A stretch of 63,754 nucleotides of DNA, filler included, from Asterionella formosa (GCA_002256025.1; 6 parts of 6 records of this genome joined end to end with filler, not necessarily neighbours in it); one strand, 5' to 3'; shown: positions 1 to 13,604, counted from the whole stretch's first letter. A program made the numbers and translations. The notes: generated from the letters alone by a model not told the origin.

Positions 1-6
1 CACCCC

Positions 7-46
<40 letters not shown>

Positions 47-74
47 ACCCCCCCCCCCCCCCCCCCCCCCCCCC
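1..74. repeat. poly-C homopolymer tract
   Basis: About 74 nt of almost pure C at the window start; may be a sequencing artefact. Confidence 0.9.
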
Positions 75-102
75 GCTGGTGGACTCTACCTCAAAAACAG
101 TA

Positions 103-1940
103 CAGTGAAACCTCCCTATAAGATACACCCTCTATATAAGATACACTTTTCTTAATGAAGCGCCCCCAATTTGGATATTCTTGCAAAGGACCCTCTGTAT
201 AAGATACACCCTCCATTAGATTCACTTGGATACACTTTTGCTGAAAAATTGGTTATTCTGACCTCTGTGTAAGGTTAAAACAAGCACCGGACCGTCTGCA
301 CTCAGTTTGAGCCAGTACTTTTTTCCTTGTTTTGCATGTTTTGATCATCTCAAATCACAGCTGTGGACTGACAATCTTCAGTACTACTGGGAGTATCATT
401 TTACTTGTTTACACATACTTAAAAATACATGCTTACGCAAGCACAGTAATAGAAGCATTAGTAGTATACCTAGCACGCACATCAGCTTGCTTAGCGATGA
501 TCTGGTGATATCTGGTACATAGTATCACCACTCGTGACATTAGTACTTGTTCATGAACCTTTGATAATAATTTTTAGTTATAGTTTACTGAAAGGAAGCT
601 TGACAGTTTCTTGTCCATTTGCTTCAATTCTTTTACTTATTACAATCTCCAAGACTCAGACATCATCGCCATTGGGAACTGAAGGAGTTGTGAAGAGCAT
701 GTCGGAAATGAACATAAAGCGTAAAAGTGTTTCCATTGATGCAAAGTTAGCGGCAATGAAGTTTCTTGGTGAAGGGAATAGTTGCTTTTAAACTTGGCAC
801 AAGCATTGGAACTGTTCAAAAATCAAAGAAAAAGCAGGAGGACTTACTGATGGAAGGAAAATCGATGCGATCAATGAAAATGGCTCGCCTTTATAGTGGT
901 GCAGAAATCAACACAGTATTGTGGAGATGGTTTTGCACTGCTCACACAACTGGATATCCAATTAGTGGACCCATCATCCTACAAAGTAAAGATTTGTCGA
1001 TTGCCAAAGCATTTAGGGAAGATCATAATTTTAAGGCATCTAATGGCTGGCTTGAAACATGAAAGAAGAGACACAATGTCAAATGCTATGCTATTTGTGG
1101 AGGCAGAGTCTGGGAATGTAGACATTGATAAGGCAGAAGAATGGAAAGCTTTCTTGGCTAGTTTGTGTGATGGATATACTCCAGCCAACATTTTCAACAT
1201 GAATGGTACTGGATACTTTTATCATGCTCTCCCAAATTCAACTCTCAATAAAGTATCAAAATCATGCAAAGGAGGAAAATTACCAAAGGATCGAGTTACA
1301 GTTGCCTTGACATGCAGTGCAGCTGGGGAAAAGCTGCAGCCGCTCATAATTGGGAAATTCAAGAAGCCTCGTTGTTTTCGAAACATTGATTTGAGCGGCC
1401 TTGGAGCTGTGTACAAGTCAAGTAGCAAAGCTTAAATGACAAATCCTATTTTCAATGAGTATCTTTTGGATTTGAATGCATACATAGCTTCACAGAACAG
1501 GAAGATTCTTTTATTCTTGGATAACACCCCTGTCCACATTGTTGATGAGGAGAGACAAGCTCAAGGCCAATACATGTAAAGATTCAATTTTCCCTCCAAA
1601 TTTAACAAGATTGTTTTAACCTTTGGATGCTGGAATCATTAGAAGTGTGAAAGCTCTCTACTGTAAGCACCAAGTTTTGCAGTTATTACGATTTATTGAA
1701 ATGGGAGAACATGCAGCAGATCTGGCTTATAAATTGCAGGTTATTGAGGAAATGAAGTTTATAGCTACATCCTGGGGAAGTGTCACGACTGAAACAATTC
1801 AAAAATGGTTTAAAGCATGTGGGTTTAAACAAGTAGGTGATGAAGAATGTGTATCAGTATCAGAGGAAACTGAAAGTGAAGTGGAGAAGTTGATATTCAT
1901 TATGTACAAGATTGTATTTGTGAACATTTGCTTGTAGCAT
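103..1940 (+). mobile_element. pogo/Tigger DNA transposon relic (left end plus decayed transposase; right end not found)
   Basis: TA followed by CAGTGAAACCTC at 101-114, subterminal CCCTCTRTATAAGATACAC repeats at about 114-210, and a downstream CENP-B/DDE_1 pseudogene. Confidence 0.85.
699..1900 (+). pseudogene. Tigger/pogo transposase (HTH_psq, CENP-B HTH, DDE_1), frameshifted
   Basis: Motifs across frames: KRKSVSIDAKL, WF..GYPISGP, FKASNGWL, IFNMNGTG (DETG decayed), KDRVTVALTCSAAGEKL.PLIIGK..KPRCF, ILLFLDN.P.H, PLDAGII; several stops and frameshifts. Confidence 0.92.
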
Positions 1941-2415
1941 GTGCTTTTTACAAGATGGGGGGGAGGGGCTGGTGGACTCATGTCTCATAAGCAGTATGCC
2001 AGTATTTTAGGGCCGTTCTTATCATTCTGTCATTGGTCATCATTGATGCATCATCTCCACAATATTATACAAAAATGGCAGTTTGGTTTTTTGTGTATCA
2101 CCAATGGTTTTTTGGTCTGATCACCGGTGTATCATGGCTCGGTGTATCACTGATACAGCTTTTAGATCCCTGACAAATGGTGTATCAATGATACAGCTGT
2201 TGATAGCTGTGTATCACATCCATTGGCACTGATAAAATAACTGTAGATACGCAAGCAGCCACAAAACTAATAAATATTGCGCCAACTAAATGTTTTATTA
2301 TACATCTACTCTTTATACAGCACACTACCTTTCAGCTTTGTCAGTCAAACAAGAATCAGTAGTCCGCTTGTCTCTATACTTTTTTCCCATAATCGAGACT
2401 ATATCTCAGCCAAGT

Positions 2416-4093
2416 GATGGATGTAGCTGAAACTTCTGATGCTGCCGATATTCCCATTTTGGAAATGAATGGTCAGCCACCATTGATGGGGTCGAAGATT
2501 TTGTTGAGTTGTCTACTGCTGCTGGTCCAGCCAACATTGACGAGATGGGTCCATCTGAAAAGATGAAACATCCAACTGCTGTTCCAGTCAACATTGACAA
2601 GATTAGTCCACCTGAAAAGAGGAAACCTCCAACTGCTGGTACACTTGACATTGACGAGATGGGTCTTATTGAAAAGAGAAAACCCTTTCCTTGTGGTCTA
2701 GCCAATATTGATGAATTCATCAACTCACTCATAGTACCAGATGACTTTATTCTGGATGAAAGTGTGCTGGGATTGATTCATATAAAAGGAGTTGACATAA
2801 AACACATACTATCTGTCAAGGTCCTTCGAAAAATTTGGGAGAGATTTAAAGTGTCAGAAAACAGAAGTGGCAAGAAGGATTTTAGTATTTCCTTAATTAT
2901 TTGTTTACTGAAAGAGACTGGCTGGTTGGTCAACTATACCCTCCTATGATGACTTATAATGAAGTAATCGATATCCACAATAACAATAACAACAACAATT
3001 ATGATGAATCTATTACTATTGAAGATGAAGAAAAGAGTCACGGCAATGTGGATATGGACTCTGATTCACAGAAAGGGAAGACAGATGAAACAGACAAAGA
3101 CCGCCCTGGTGACTTTGTTCTTAATTCGCATACTAGCAGTGATGTTGATAAAAAATCATTGCCTATTCCTCCTCCTGTTTCAAAGATGGCAACAAAAAGA
3201 AAAAGTAAAATCAACTTCTCCAGGCAGGCAGTGCCACCAGTGCCCGCACATACTTTTGTGTCATCAATGTGTACATGTGTGAACATTACAGAAGTGATGT
3301 GTTGATGCTTGGTCAGCCTCCAACCATGGCCAAACTGGACACAAGAAAATTCAGGCACAAATAAATTTTCGATAGACTCATAACTACATTCCTTGATGAT
3401 GACAATGATGAGAGCAATGATCTTGCCTTTTCACAAGATCCTTATTGGGAACTAATGGCGGGGATAGACAGTTATTACCCAAAGACGTATGATGCTGTGT
3501 TTTCTGTCGATTTTTCTATGGCAATGGGGTACATTGACTATCTTTACCAAATTGCATACAGGAACAACAAAAAGTCAGGAAGTTATGATGAATTTGTTAA
3601 CTTTGTTGGAAGCCAACCTTATATATATTACTACCATTCATGGTTGTGCCAAGTTCCTCACCTTCTCAATTATGCTGTTTCTTTGCTTCCAACATCATCA
3701 TTCCATAAAATTACTGATAGTGCTAAATTGTCGTCCTTATCATCGAAGACCGTTGACTCAAAGAAATGAAAATGTTCATCTCCTTCATCCAATCATTCCT
3801 CTTCTATGGTACATATGGCAAATGCGTTAGAGTGTTGTGAACGAGTGAATGCAGTAAAACTTCAAGTGCTTCAGTCTTCAGCAGCACCAAGAAGAGAAAA
3901 AGAGATCCTAGATGTTCTGGATCTCTATAAAATTCGTCTCAAGAATGCTCGGAAGGATTTGGAAGAGTTGGAAAATCATGGGTATGACTCCGAAGATTCT
4001 GATAAGGTTCAAGCTCTGTTAGAAATTACGATATGCAAGAGAAAGCAGGATCACTATTTTCATCTACTTTCAGAAGGTGAAACATCATATTAA
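2416..4093 (+). pseudogene. Probable Harbinger accessory (ORF2) gene, fragmented
   Basis: Chain of ORF pieces (2509-2949, 2901-3305, 3455-3769, 3806-4093) ending just before the convergent transposase; 57-nt internal repeats near 2510-2720; a second copy of part of it at 28249-28343. Confidence 0.55.
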
Positions 4094-4189
4094 ATACACC
4101 TAATGAATAAATTATTTATTTGTCTACATTAAATTTATTTCATGTAATTCTTTCCTTCTCCTCTCTATATTGACAGGAGGTTGATGCAA

Positions 4190-4650
4190 GCAGCGCAATG
4201 TTAGAAATCTGGTAAGAATCACATCTCGCATCACAAAGCTTCCTGGCAACATACACAACGGTTCCACAGTTGGTAAAGAGCCCAACCAAGGGGTGACAAA
4301 CTTACCGGAATTGTCTTTGTAACTATTTGATGATCATCCAAAATCTCGTTTTCAATTATCCTCTCATTAATCACATGATTATGAAGTCGAGCACATGATC
4401 AAGAATATGTGCAGATGTTTCCAAGCTTGTCAATAGTTTTTTTCAGAACACACCATTTCGTCTGAAGAAGACTAAATGATATTTCTATTTTTATCATCAG
4501 CTGTGAAAGGAAAAATGAATTGTATCCTGTGTTCGATCATCACGTTTTGAGCTAACAAAGGTAACAAGCATTACATCAGACAATGTGTATGCTGCATCAC
4601 CGACCAGATGAAAACCTGTAGTGAATGCTGTCTGTGAAAAGATTTTCCAT
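4190..4650 (-). pseudogene. Harbinger (DDE_Tnp_4/HARBI1-like) transposase C-terminal part
   Basis: Manual minus-strand translation gives GFHLVGDAAYTLSDVML ... QLMIKIEISFSLLQTKWCVLKK ... TSLETSAHIL..CARLHN, with frameshifts. Confidence 0.85.
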
Positions 4651-4774
4651 TAGATCTAACGTTTTACTCAGCATAGGTTAAAAAACTGATTGATTATTCA
4701 AATATTTTGACATGTTGCTTGATGATAATTTTGATATATCAACGGCAGTGTCTGTATGATCAATCAAATTTGTA

Positions 4775-4835
4775 TGTTAGGTTAGAAGCATACACATGTT
4801 AGGTTAGTAGCATACACATGTTAGGTTATGCGTAT
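4775..4835. repeat. 22-bp tandem repeat (TGTTAGGTTAGWAGCATACACA, about 2.7 copies)
   Basis: Direct reading. Confidence 0.85.
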
Positions 4836-7800
4836 ATAAGAACTCGTATATATTAGTCACCAAATCTAATCGGTTAATCCAAATTGCTGATATATTGATC
4901 AAATGTTGTGTTATGTTGATGATAATTTTGATATATCAATGACCGTGTTGGTGTGGTCAATCAAATTTGTTTGTCAGATTATTTGCTTACAGATGTCAAG
5001 TTACGCATAGATAGAAGTCATATATATTAGTTATCAAAACTTATCTGCTAACCAAATGTTTTGATATATTGATACGTTGTTTGATTGATCAATAGCTGTT
5101 GCTCTTTGATCAATTTTTGTTTTAGCGAAGTATGACTTTATACACAGATCACCTTACCTGTATGTAAACCTTGTACCCGATGATGCTATCAGAATGAATT
5201 CTGTGCAACAACGGTGCGTTCCTTGTTGCCATTCCGATTTGAATGCTCTACCGGTACATGCTTTGATCCAATTTTTGTACCAGTAGTATTCGTCATTATC
5301 TCTCCATTCGCATATCAGTAATCGAATTTCTTACAAGCACGCCATGTATGTTTGTTGAAAAATCCCTTGCAAGCTACCTTCTTGCGGGGACGACGATGAT
5401 CTCAGTCTTACAACGAATGATGCGGTCTCGATATTGATGGGTAATTATGCTGGCGAAGTTTGATTGTTTGTTTGTTACTCGAAATCAAAAGCTTTGGTCA
5501 ATTTATATGACAGAATTGGAGAACAATGCATTGAAGGCCATACCCGATTCCAATTCCAACCGAAATCAAGAAGATAGTACCTTTTGATTATATTTTGCCC
5601 ATTGCGAACATTGATCTGTATGTCGAATCTATTCTTCAAGATGAAATGTGGATTAAAGTGAAGATGGACCAGATGGCGGTGCAGTTTGTTGCTCATGGCC
5701 TTAATCATGGGTCTTCCATTCTAATTGACTAGCTATTGGAGAGAACGTTTGTATGCTGCAGAATTAGAGCCGCAACATCACTAATCAGGAAGTAGCTTCA
5801 TTTCATTCAGGAAATAGTAGCATCACATGAACCTTGAATAGCAGGGGGTTCGAAATAACAATCATAACTTTGCTTGATAACATTGTACTATCCCATTGCT
5901 TTAAGAAATCTCTTTATCGGCAACATCAGAGGCACTACATAGGACAGCCTAATCCCATCGACTTCCTCAGAGCGTCCAATTGAGTCTATCGAATCTGATA
6001 GACTTGATATAAAATCTCCCCCCCCCCTTCCAAAGCAAAAGCAAAATGTAAATTAAAGGCAACTCCAGAAATGGTTGCTAATCCGGAAGAAGCAGTCCAT
6101 GACTTGTCACCAAAGAGTTCCGAAATTGTAGGAGTGATTGGGAAAGTAAATAAAGAGCAGGTCGAGGAGGAAAGTGATTTGTCCCATATATCGAGTAAGG
6201 AGTTGGAAATATTGAAACAGGACATGATCTCGCCAGTCTGGATGTATTTCATGGGTGCATTTGGTGGCATATTGTTGTCTTTCTGATGTAGTTTAAAATC
6301 TCGAGGAAAGTGAGTTTTCCATAAAATCATCGCTGGTCCTATATGTTTCCGAAATTTCCTTGAAGTTTCAAATGATTTTTTGTTAAACAAGTCAGACTCT
6401 AGGACCACATAGAATTTGTTGAGAACAATATCCAGGACACTGTCATCTAGTCTCTTCTCGTTGCCTTTGTCATCATGATCAAAGTATCTAACCAGTAAGA
6501 GTCGTTCCTTACTGCTCTTCTGTTGTTTCTTGAATAGACATGAAATACGCCATAGAAACACATTAATCCTGGTAGGGCAAACCTACAGTTTCACAGTACC
6601 AGCGTAGTAATAGGTACAGTTTCACAGTACCGGGTATTCGAATTCATGTTAAGTCTTGTATATTTTATCTAATCAGACATACTGGTAGGGTATTAAATGT
6701 TCCTTCGAAAACGTTACTAGACATACAGAAATGTATGTTTCACACACTTTTTGAAGAAGAGGAAATGTTGAGATATTGTTGAAAAATTCATGCCAGTAAT
6801 GCATTCTATTCCACATAACAAACTGATGAGGGAATGGTGATAGAGACCCTTTTACCGGTATCAAACCAACCGGTGAGAAGAGGTAAGTTTTATGATTGTT
6901 TTGCTTCTCAACTGTGGCTACCAAGGGGCTTATGATCGGTACCGTGTGAGACCGGAAGCAAACTATAAAATTGTATCGCTGTTTGTGTGCGCTGCTACGC
7001 CCCACTCAAAGTTTCTACACTTCCTCAGGACAAACAATAAAAATCAACCTAATTACGACGTAAGAAACTGCACTTAATATGTTGTGCACGATGCTGCAGA
7101 GGCTTTGTAGTGTCTGTGTCCATTAATTATGATTTCGACATTAATAACATCTTTCCCTTCCATATATGCAGATGTGAGGGTTAACAACGCTACCTGTCAC
7201 CCATCAATCAATAGTGAGAGCATAGGTAAGTTACTATACTCTCATTTGATGCTTGTTTATGTCGATTGGAACGTGAAGTTATATAGATTGTTTATGTCAT
7301 CAGTTCATGGCAAATGTGTGGCTGGAGATGCTTTATTCGTTGCAACACTTTTGCTTACATTGATATTATCTCCTCAAAATCATACAGGAACCTTGGAGAA
7401 TGTGGCTTGCTACCATTCTTAATGGAAGCAACAATCAACCACGAGAGCACAGGTAAGTTATATGCACATTGCCTGCTCAAACGGAAATTGGAGTGATGGA
7501 TTGTTCATGTGATCGTTTCATTGCACATATCTTTGTTTAGATGCCTTGTTGCTTACTTGCTTGATGCAGCAGTTTTGCTAACATTGTTGTTATTATCTCT
7601 TACAGGAAAGTCGTACAAGAACATTGGAGAATGTGACTTGCTGCCATTCGCAATAGTAGAGGTTCGAATAAAGCATCATCAATTTCGTTTACTCTCTCAT
7701 TTCATTTTGAAAAGGCAATGATCTAAACATGGCTACCGGAAGTGAAAATTAAGGTATTGAAGATCACTGTGTGCTCATTCTGATAGAGGATGCACAGTGG

Positions 7801-8255
7801 AAAGTATTGGTGACCAGAAGTAGAATATTTGAGTATTAAATAGCAACCCATTTAATTCGATTTGTGTTCATCATTGATCGAACATGATAATAGGTTTGAT
7901 CAATGAGAGAAATAAGTTAGATCAGTAGTAAGGAAGGTTAGATCGAAAGCTAAAAATTCTATTTGATATTATCATTCCAAAGGTTAGATCGAATCAACAA
8001 CTGATTTGATCTCATGATTACTTTTTAGATCGAACACCAAAACGTTAGTTGATAATAAGAGTGAGAGTGCTGTATTGATCATAAGCATATCGTATGATCT
8101 ATTGATTTGAAACTAATTGATATATATATTTATTTGATAAGTGTATACCAAATGTGATTTGTTATTAATTTCACAAATGCAATCGATTAGATATTACATA
8201 ATATGTATGTGATCTATGCGAAATATAGGTAAGATCAATGCAACAATATTAATCA

Positions 8256-8322
8256 ATCAATCAGTTTTTTGTATGATCAATCAGTATTTCTGTATGATCA
8301 ATCAGTATTTTTGTATGATCAA
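8256..8322. repeat. 20-bp tandem repeat (ATCAATCAGTWTTTYTGTATG-like, 3 copies)
   Basis: Direct reading. Confidence 0.85.
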
Positions 8323-9186
8323 TTAAAAAATGGTACGTCATACTGAGATTTTTTGGGGCAGTGGATCTTATAGCAAAACTGTTAGGCCCAACGGTTTTTA
8401 ATTTACAGACGAGGGCGTTGGCGTGATCCTCCTGTGGCTACAGACTTTTTATCTTTCAAGGATTCTTAGTAATAATTTATATTCAGTAATGTTCATTCCT
8501 GCTGAACAAGAAAGCTTCTTCGTTGTGGGGTCACTGTCTTGATGTGCTGTATCCAGTGTAATTTAAATGTGATAATAACAACAATGAATAACAATGAATC
8601 CGTTTGTCATATTCAAATCAGAGATTTATATATATATATTCAAAATAGATTCTACATCGCTTTACATAGGTATATACTACAATCTATACTCCGATCGACA
8701 AGTATGTGTCATACTTACGACCTGCAGCTTGGCAAATATTTGAAAGTGCATGCACTCAACGAGTGTTACGTGCAGGTCCAATGTTGATCATCTTCTGGTA
8801 CCAGTACATTGTGAATATAATACAGACTGCCAGTTCACCCAAGAAAATGTTACATGTGCATCCATTGTGGCTGGCATCGGTCTGAAAGACCTTGCAAACC
8901 AGGCCAATCAAACTGAGGAAATTAATTCACATTCATCAATCATATTTGATATGTATGTAGAAGTGGACACTGACAATGGAATTTGTTTGACAGGAGATTT
9001 TAGCACTAAAACTTATGGCATGCACACAATTACCAATCCAATGATGATGTTTCGGCTCTTAGTAATTCTGATTCCAAGGCCGATTTTGTTGAGATTTTGT
9101 CGAATTTTTGGATGATGATGGCTCAACATTGGCTGGGCGAATTAGATACATAATAGGTACATAACTTTTTAAAAAGCATCAGTATA

Positions 9187-12100
9187 CAGCCTTGTAACTT
9201 CTGGCGAGAAAGTACAGAAAGGAACTTGGGCTTTTTACTATGCCAAATAAACAGATTTCCCTGAATTTTCGAGTCTTTTTAGCCAACAGTATAGTTCATT
9301 GTCCTGGACCCCCCTATGGTTGCTGGGCCCCCCTGCACATTTTTCTTGAGGTGGAACCAAACACCCAATAATATTCTTGCCATAGACAAAGTAACGTGCT
9401 ATACCGGTAGGTAATTCTTTTGATCCTTGTACTAGGCACTAGTAGTATATAATTATTTAGCTATCATGTTGCGATTCTTTTGTACATACAAAACTCAAGA
9501 GAAGACAAGTAGTGGCTGTGAGCACCTGGAGAATGCTTCATCATGTTGTCGCAACCTTGATCATGGCGAAAATACGAATTATCTCCACGAAAATAGAGAA
9601 CAACGCTTTGCTACTTGTTACCTGTATTAAGAACGACATGGAAAATACGATCGTAAAAGAAGTAAAGAAATAACACTTATAATGACAACGAAAATTGAGA
9701 TCGCCGATATCAACATGAAGTCGCGTTTTTCTTGCGAGGTGAAGAACTCTCTCATTTTTCATATCACGGAAATAATTGTCATGTTAATTTATCTTAGGAA
9801 AATGTGCGCTATCCTGTATGGCTGGGTGCATGATCGAAGAACATATAGTAGCTCTATTGGGCCTGGTACAAAGCATTATTTCTAAAAATATAGCCAAATA
9901 TTTTGCGCGATGAATCTCTTGTTGTTACAACCATCACCATGTTGATTGCGCTTGGTTGGTTACCTTTGCTTCCCTTCAGTGCCTTGTGTTTTGCGATATA
10001 GTATTAGAACAGTGATCTAGCGCTGATCGGAAACCAAACCGCAAAACAGGTGAAATCAAACTTTCAGTTGTTTGGACGATATTTTTCTTTGGTGATGGCG
10101 GAGTCATCACTACATGGGCGCTGGATTCCGGCCGACCTCCTCATTCACTACATGAACCAAAATTACAACATTGGAAGCAACATGCTATTGACTACGCGAA
10201 CATTGATGACATACATGAACAAGTGCTACCCTTCAATGTCCTATAATCCCAATAGAATTACCAATACAAGCAGTGGCACAGTGGTGGACTTCTATAGAGC
10301 CAACTGTCAAGTCAAGAGCGTCCGCTACAACCTATTCTTCTTTTCTGACCATGGTTTTCCTGCTCCTTTGTTTCCGAAGAACAGTAATGTCGCTTCTTTC
10401 TTAATAATAGCGTCACAAAGCGACTATTAGGGGGTTCAAGGCAAATTCGAACTGGAGAGGTGATGGATAATCTTGAAGTTGGATCACTCAACAAACAAGC
10501 CAAATTGATGAACTCAAATGAAGCTGATACTCCCTCCATTGAAGCCTTAAATCAACATCAATCATCATCAACAATTTCGGATACTATAGAGCAAGAGCAG
10601 GTTTGTCTGAGCATAGATTATTGGAACAAGTCAGGTGAGGCCAGGACACTATTTGCTCCCAAAGCAAAGTATGGAAATGAAGCCAATGTCAAAGGAGTTG
10701 TGATTTCCCGAATTGAGCTGTTCTAATCAATTAATAGACATCCCAACCATTGGAAACTTTTTGTGGAAGGGGAGATGCTGATAAGCATTGCTCCAAATTC
10801 GAAATCTTCATGCTAAGACAGAGGAGTTTATATTTGGCCTGTGCTTTGAGGCAGTTTGTTCAGAAGGAAATTGAGGAAACCAGATGGACCTGGCAGCGGT
10901 GCATCCAATATTCAATTGGAGTTATGAGTTATCTTGGAATAGAAGCCTACTCCAATGTGAGGACTCTTGGAAGGTGGCATCGGCAACTGGCATACAATTT
11001 ACAAGATGCTTTCTGCAAGTCGCCAATCAAAAAGGATAAGATCCCTCCATTCTTCCAATCAAATCCTGATGCCATGAATGCATTCAAGAAATTTGGGATC
11101 GCCAATTTAAATGACTTGTCTGTGGAAAAAATGTATGAATATGTTCATGAACATCTGGTACCAACATTGGTTGCGAGTTTGGGTGTAGATGGTCCTGATG
11201 ATTGCGACGTCTATGAAGACTTACCAGCAAGACCAGGAGTTGTTGAGGACAGTGAATTAATCAACAGCAGAGAACAGTTCCTTCTGACCTATGGTTTGAC
11301 AAAGATCTCAATTTGTACAATTGCAAGGTGGATGCATACAGTTGGATTCAAGTATGAGACTCAAAGGAAACATTACTTTGTCGATGGTCATGAGAAGGCA
11401 GACACCTTAGCCTACCGTAGAATTTTCATTGCTGAATACTTCAAGCAAGAGGTTAATGCTCCAAGGTGGGTACATTTTACAGCAGAAAAATCTAAACTTC
11501 TAGAGTCACAAGGTTTAGTTGTCAAGAATACTGGATTTCATTACAGTGACCATGATGGAATCTCTATGGTAGAATATCATGCAGAAAACTTTGATACCTC
11601 ACCGGATCTTCCAATGGGAGGCAATTGTAGTGTGCGAAAGAAAAATGTCGAGCAAACTGTTATGATTGTTGGACAGGATGAAGCAATATTCAAACAATTT
11701 TTATTGAATTCCAAGATGTGGACAGGTCCGAATGGCGAGAGACCCCTACTACCAAAAGATGAGGGTTCTGGAGTAATGATCAGTTCATTTATCACTCGAG
11801 AGCATGGCTTGATAAGAGAAATCGATGACAATATTCTTACAACGGTCAATGCCAATAGACTTGGAGCAAGTTATGCAGATAAGGAAGGAAGCTGCAATTG
11901 ATGTACATGGGACCAAAAAGAAGAAGCCATTGACAAAAAAACAATTCTCCATTCTTAGTCTACTTTGATTATGAAGAAAATCGAGATGGCTACTGGAATT
12001 ACAATCACATGGTGTGTCAATTCGAAGACACAATTGATGTACTAAAAGTGATGCATCCACACTATAAGTTTGCTTATCTATTTGACCATTCAAGTAGACA

Positions 12101-13379
12101 CAGCAAACATAGACCTGATGGATTGAGTTCAATCAGGATGAAAAAACCTTTGGTGGCTACAATCATTGAACAAGAAACAGGATTCCTTGGCCCCTTTCAA
12201 AGAAAATTACAGCCTGGTCAAACACAGCACCTAACATGCATTCCAACCTGATGATGTGGGCCCATGTTGGATGACTCCTGCTGAACAAGAAGCAAGTCTA
12301 CATGATACCATCATTGGAGTACCCAAAGAAATTCAAAGAAGTCGTGCCCAATTAATATTCGATCTTGCTTCCAAGGGAGCCAATTCTAAAGGGAAGAATA
12401 AAAGCGAACTGGTGTTCCTCTGTCCACAATATCAAGTGCCAACATCGACACAAATTTCAAGGGTCAAGGAGGGTTGGGAAGGAAAATCGAAGGGATTAGT
12501 TCAAGTGCTTTGGGAAAGGGGATTAATTGATGGAACAAAGTTGAATAGCTACACACTTACTGGTCGAAAAGATTCATTTGGCCTAATAGAGTGCAACACT
12601 AGGCTTCGACATCTTATGTCCTTGTGTTCTGACTTCTTGAATGAGCAAGGCATGATGCAATATATTGGGACCAAACTTGGAGTGGAAGTAATGCTAACTC
12701 CAAAATGCCATGCTGAGATAGCTGGGGAAGGTGTGGAATACATGTGGGCGTGTGCCAAAGGCACATACCGGAACCTGGCACTGAAGGAAAAGAAGGGGAA
12801 ATCGAATTTCATGGCAAGTGTTAGAACATGTTTGTCGGCAGAAGTGATTATAGGAGCCCTAATAAGGAAATTTCTTGACGAGCTTGCCAGTACATGTTGG
12901 CTTACCATGCTCTTGATTCTGGCTTATTTGAACCAGAACTGCAACAGCAGCGCTCCAAGCATGGCCCTGTCGAAATCGACAACCTTATAAAGAAGATGAA
13001 GACACATCGATGTGCCTTGGACTTCGATTACAAGTTTGTAATGAATGTAGATGAATAAAGCGATCGCTGATGTTGTTATATGCTTGTCAACATTACGTAA
13101 AGTCATGCACGAATATATTTATCCATAAAAAATATTCGCTATGCTAATTATCTATCATACTAGGGCAACGGTGGCTACTAAATGTACTCTGAGCATGATT
13201 CCAGCCATAGAACTAATGAAATTTACTTCTTAGGTCCAGTACCGGTATTAGGGAAATCTCTTCATTGTCCTGGGCCCCCCTAAGTAAAATCAGTCAAATT
13301 CAGTCACGACAATGAAGTCTATGGTAGTTAAAAAACCGAAGTTCCTTTTTGCTGTTTCTGACCAGATCCTATAAACTTG
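9187..13379 (+). mobile_element. IS630/Tc1/mariner-superfamily element (Sagan-like), full length but decayed
   Basis: TA on both flanks (9185-86, 13380-81); about 50-bp imperfect TIRs sharing TCTGG..AGAAA..CA.AAAGGAACTT.GG.TTTT; internal direct repeat TTCATTGTCCTGGRCCCCCC at 9295 and 13261; transposase pseudogene inside. Confidence 0.8.
10095..13058 (+). pseudogene. Large DD-E transposase, frameshifted
   Basis: YFVDGHEKAD, VGQDEAIFKQ..W.GPNGERPLLPKDEGSGVMIS.F, YLFDHSS.H, LTPKCHAEIAGEGVEYMW, KTHRCALDFD, split over at least five ORFs. Confidence 0.85.
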
Positions 13380-13604
13380 TACCGGGTACTACGTAACGAT
13401 GTATTGAGCGATTGGACCTATCGGCACATCCTAAGATACTGGTACTTTGTCCGAAGACTGTATGTAAGCATACATGGCATATGGAAAGGGAGCCTATCTT
13501 AAGATATCGGTGAAAGTTCCGTTGAGCGTTCTACACATTTATTTTGTGAGGCAAAGAACGTGTTTGATTAGTCTGACTCATTGTTTTTTTAACCCTACCT
13601 TGAG

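Larger units (their letters stand above)
2009..4660. mobile_element. PIF/Harbinger transposon relic with two convergent genes
   Basis: Putative terminus GGGCCGTTCTTATCA after TTA, many GTGTATCA/TGATACA subterminal motifs at 2090-2220, a decayed + strand ORF and a convergent DDE_Tnp_4 fragment. Confidence 0.7.
4675..8410. mobile_element. Unclassified repeat element with GATCAA-rich ends and decayed internal ORFs
   Basis: AAAAAACTGATTGAT at about 4680 is the reverse complement of ATCAATCAGTTTTTT near 8256; both ends are GATC(A)A-rich; it interrupts the Harbinger transposase; 7008-8410 has an inverted copy at 53175-54221. Confidence 0.45.

Noticed and set aside
1..74. G-quadruplex or telomeric element
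   Set aside because: Plain homopolymer at a sequence edge; cannot be told from an artefact
9187..13379. Fanzor/TnpB cargo in the IS630-type element
   Set aside because: No RuvC or zinc-finger motifs and no room between the transposase stop and the right TIR
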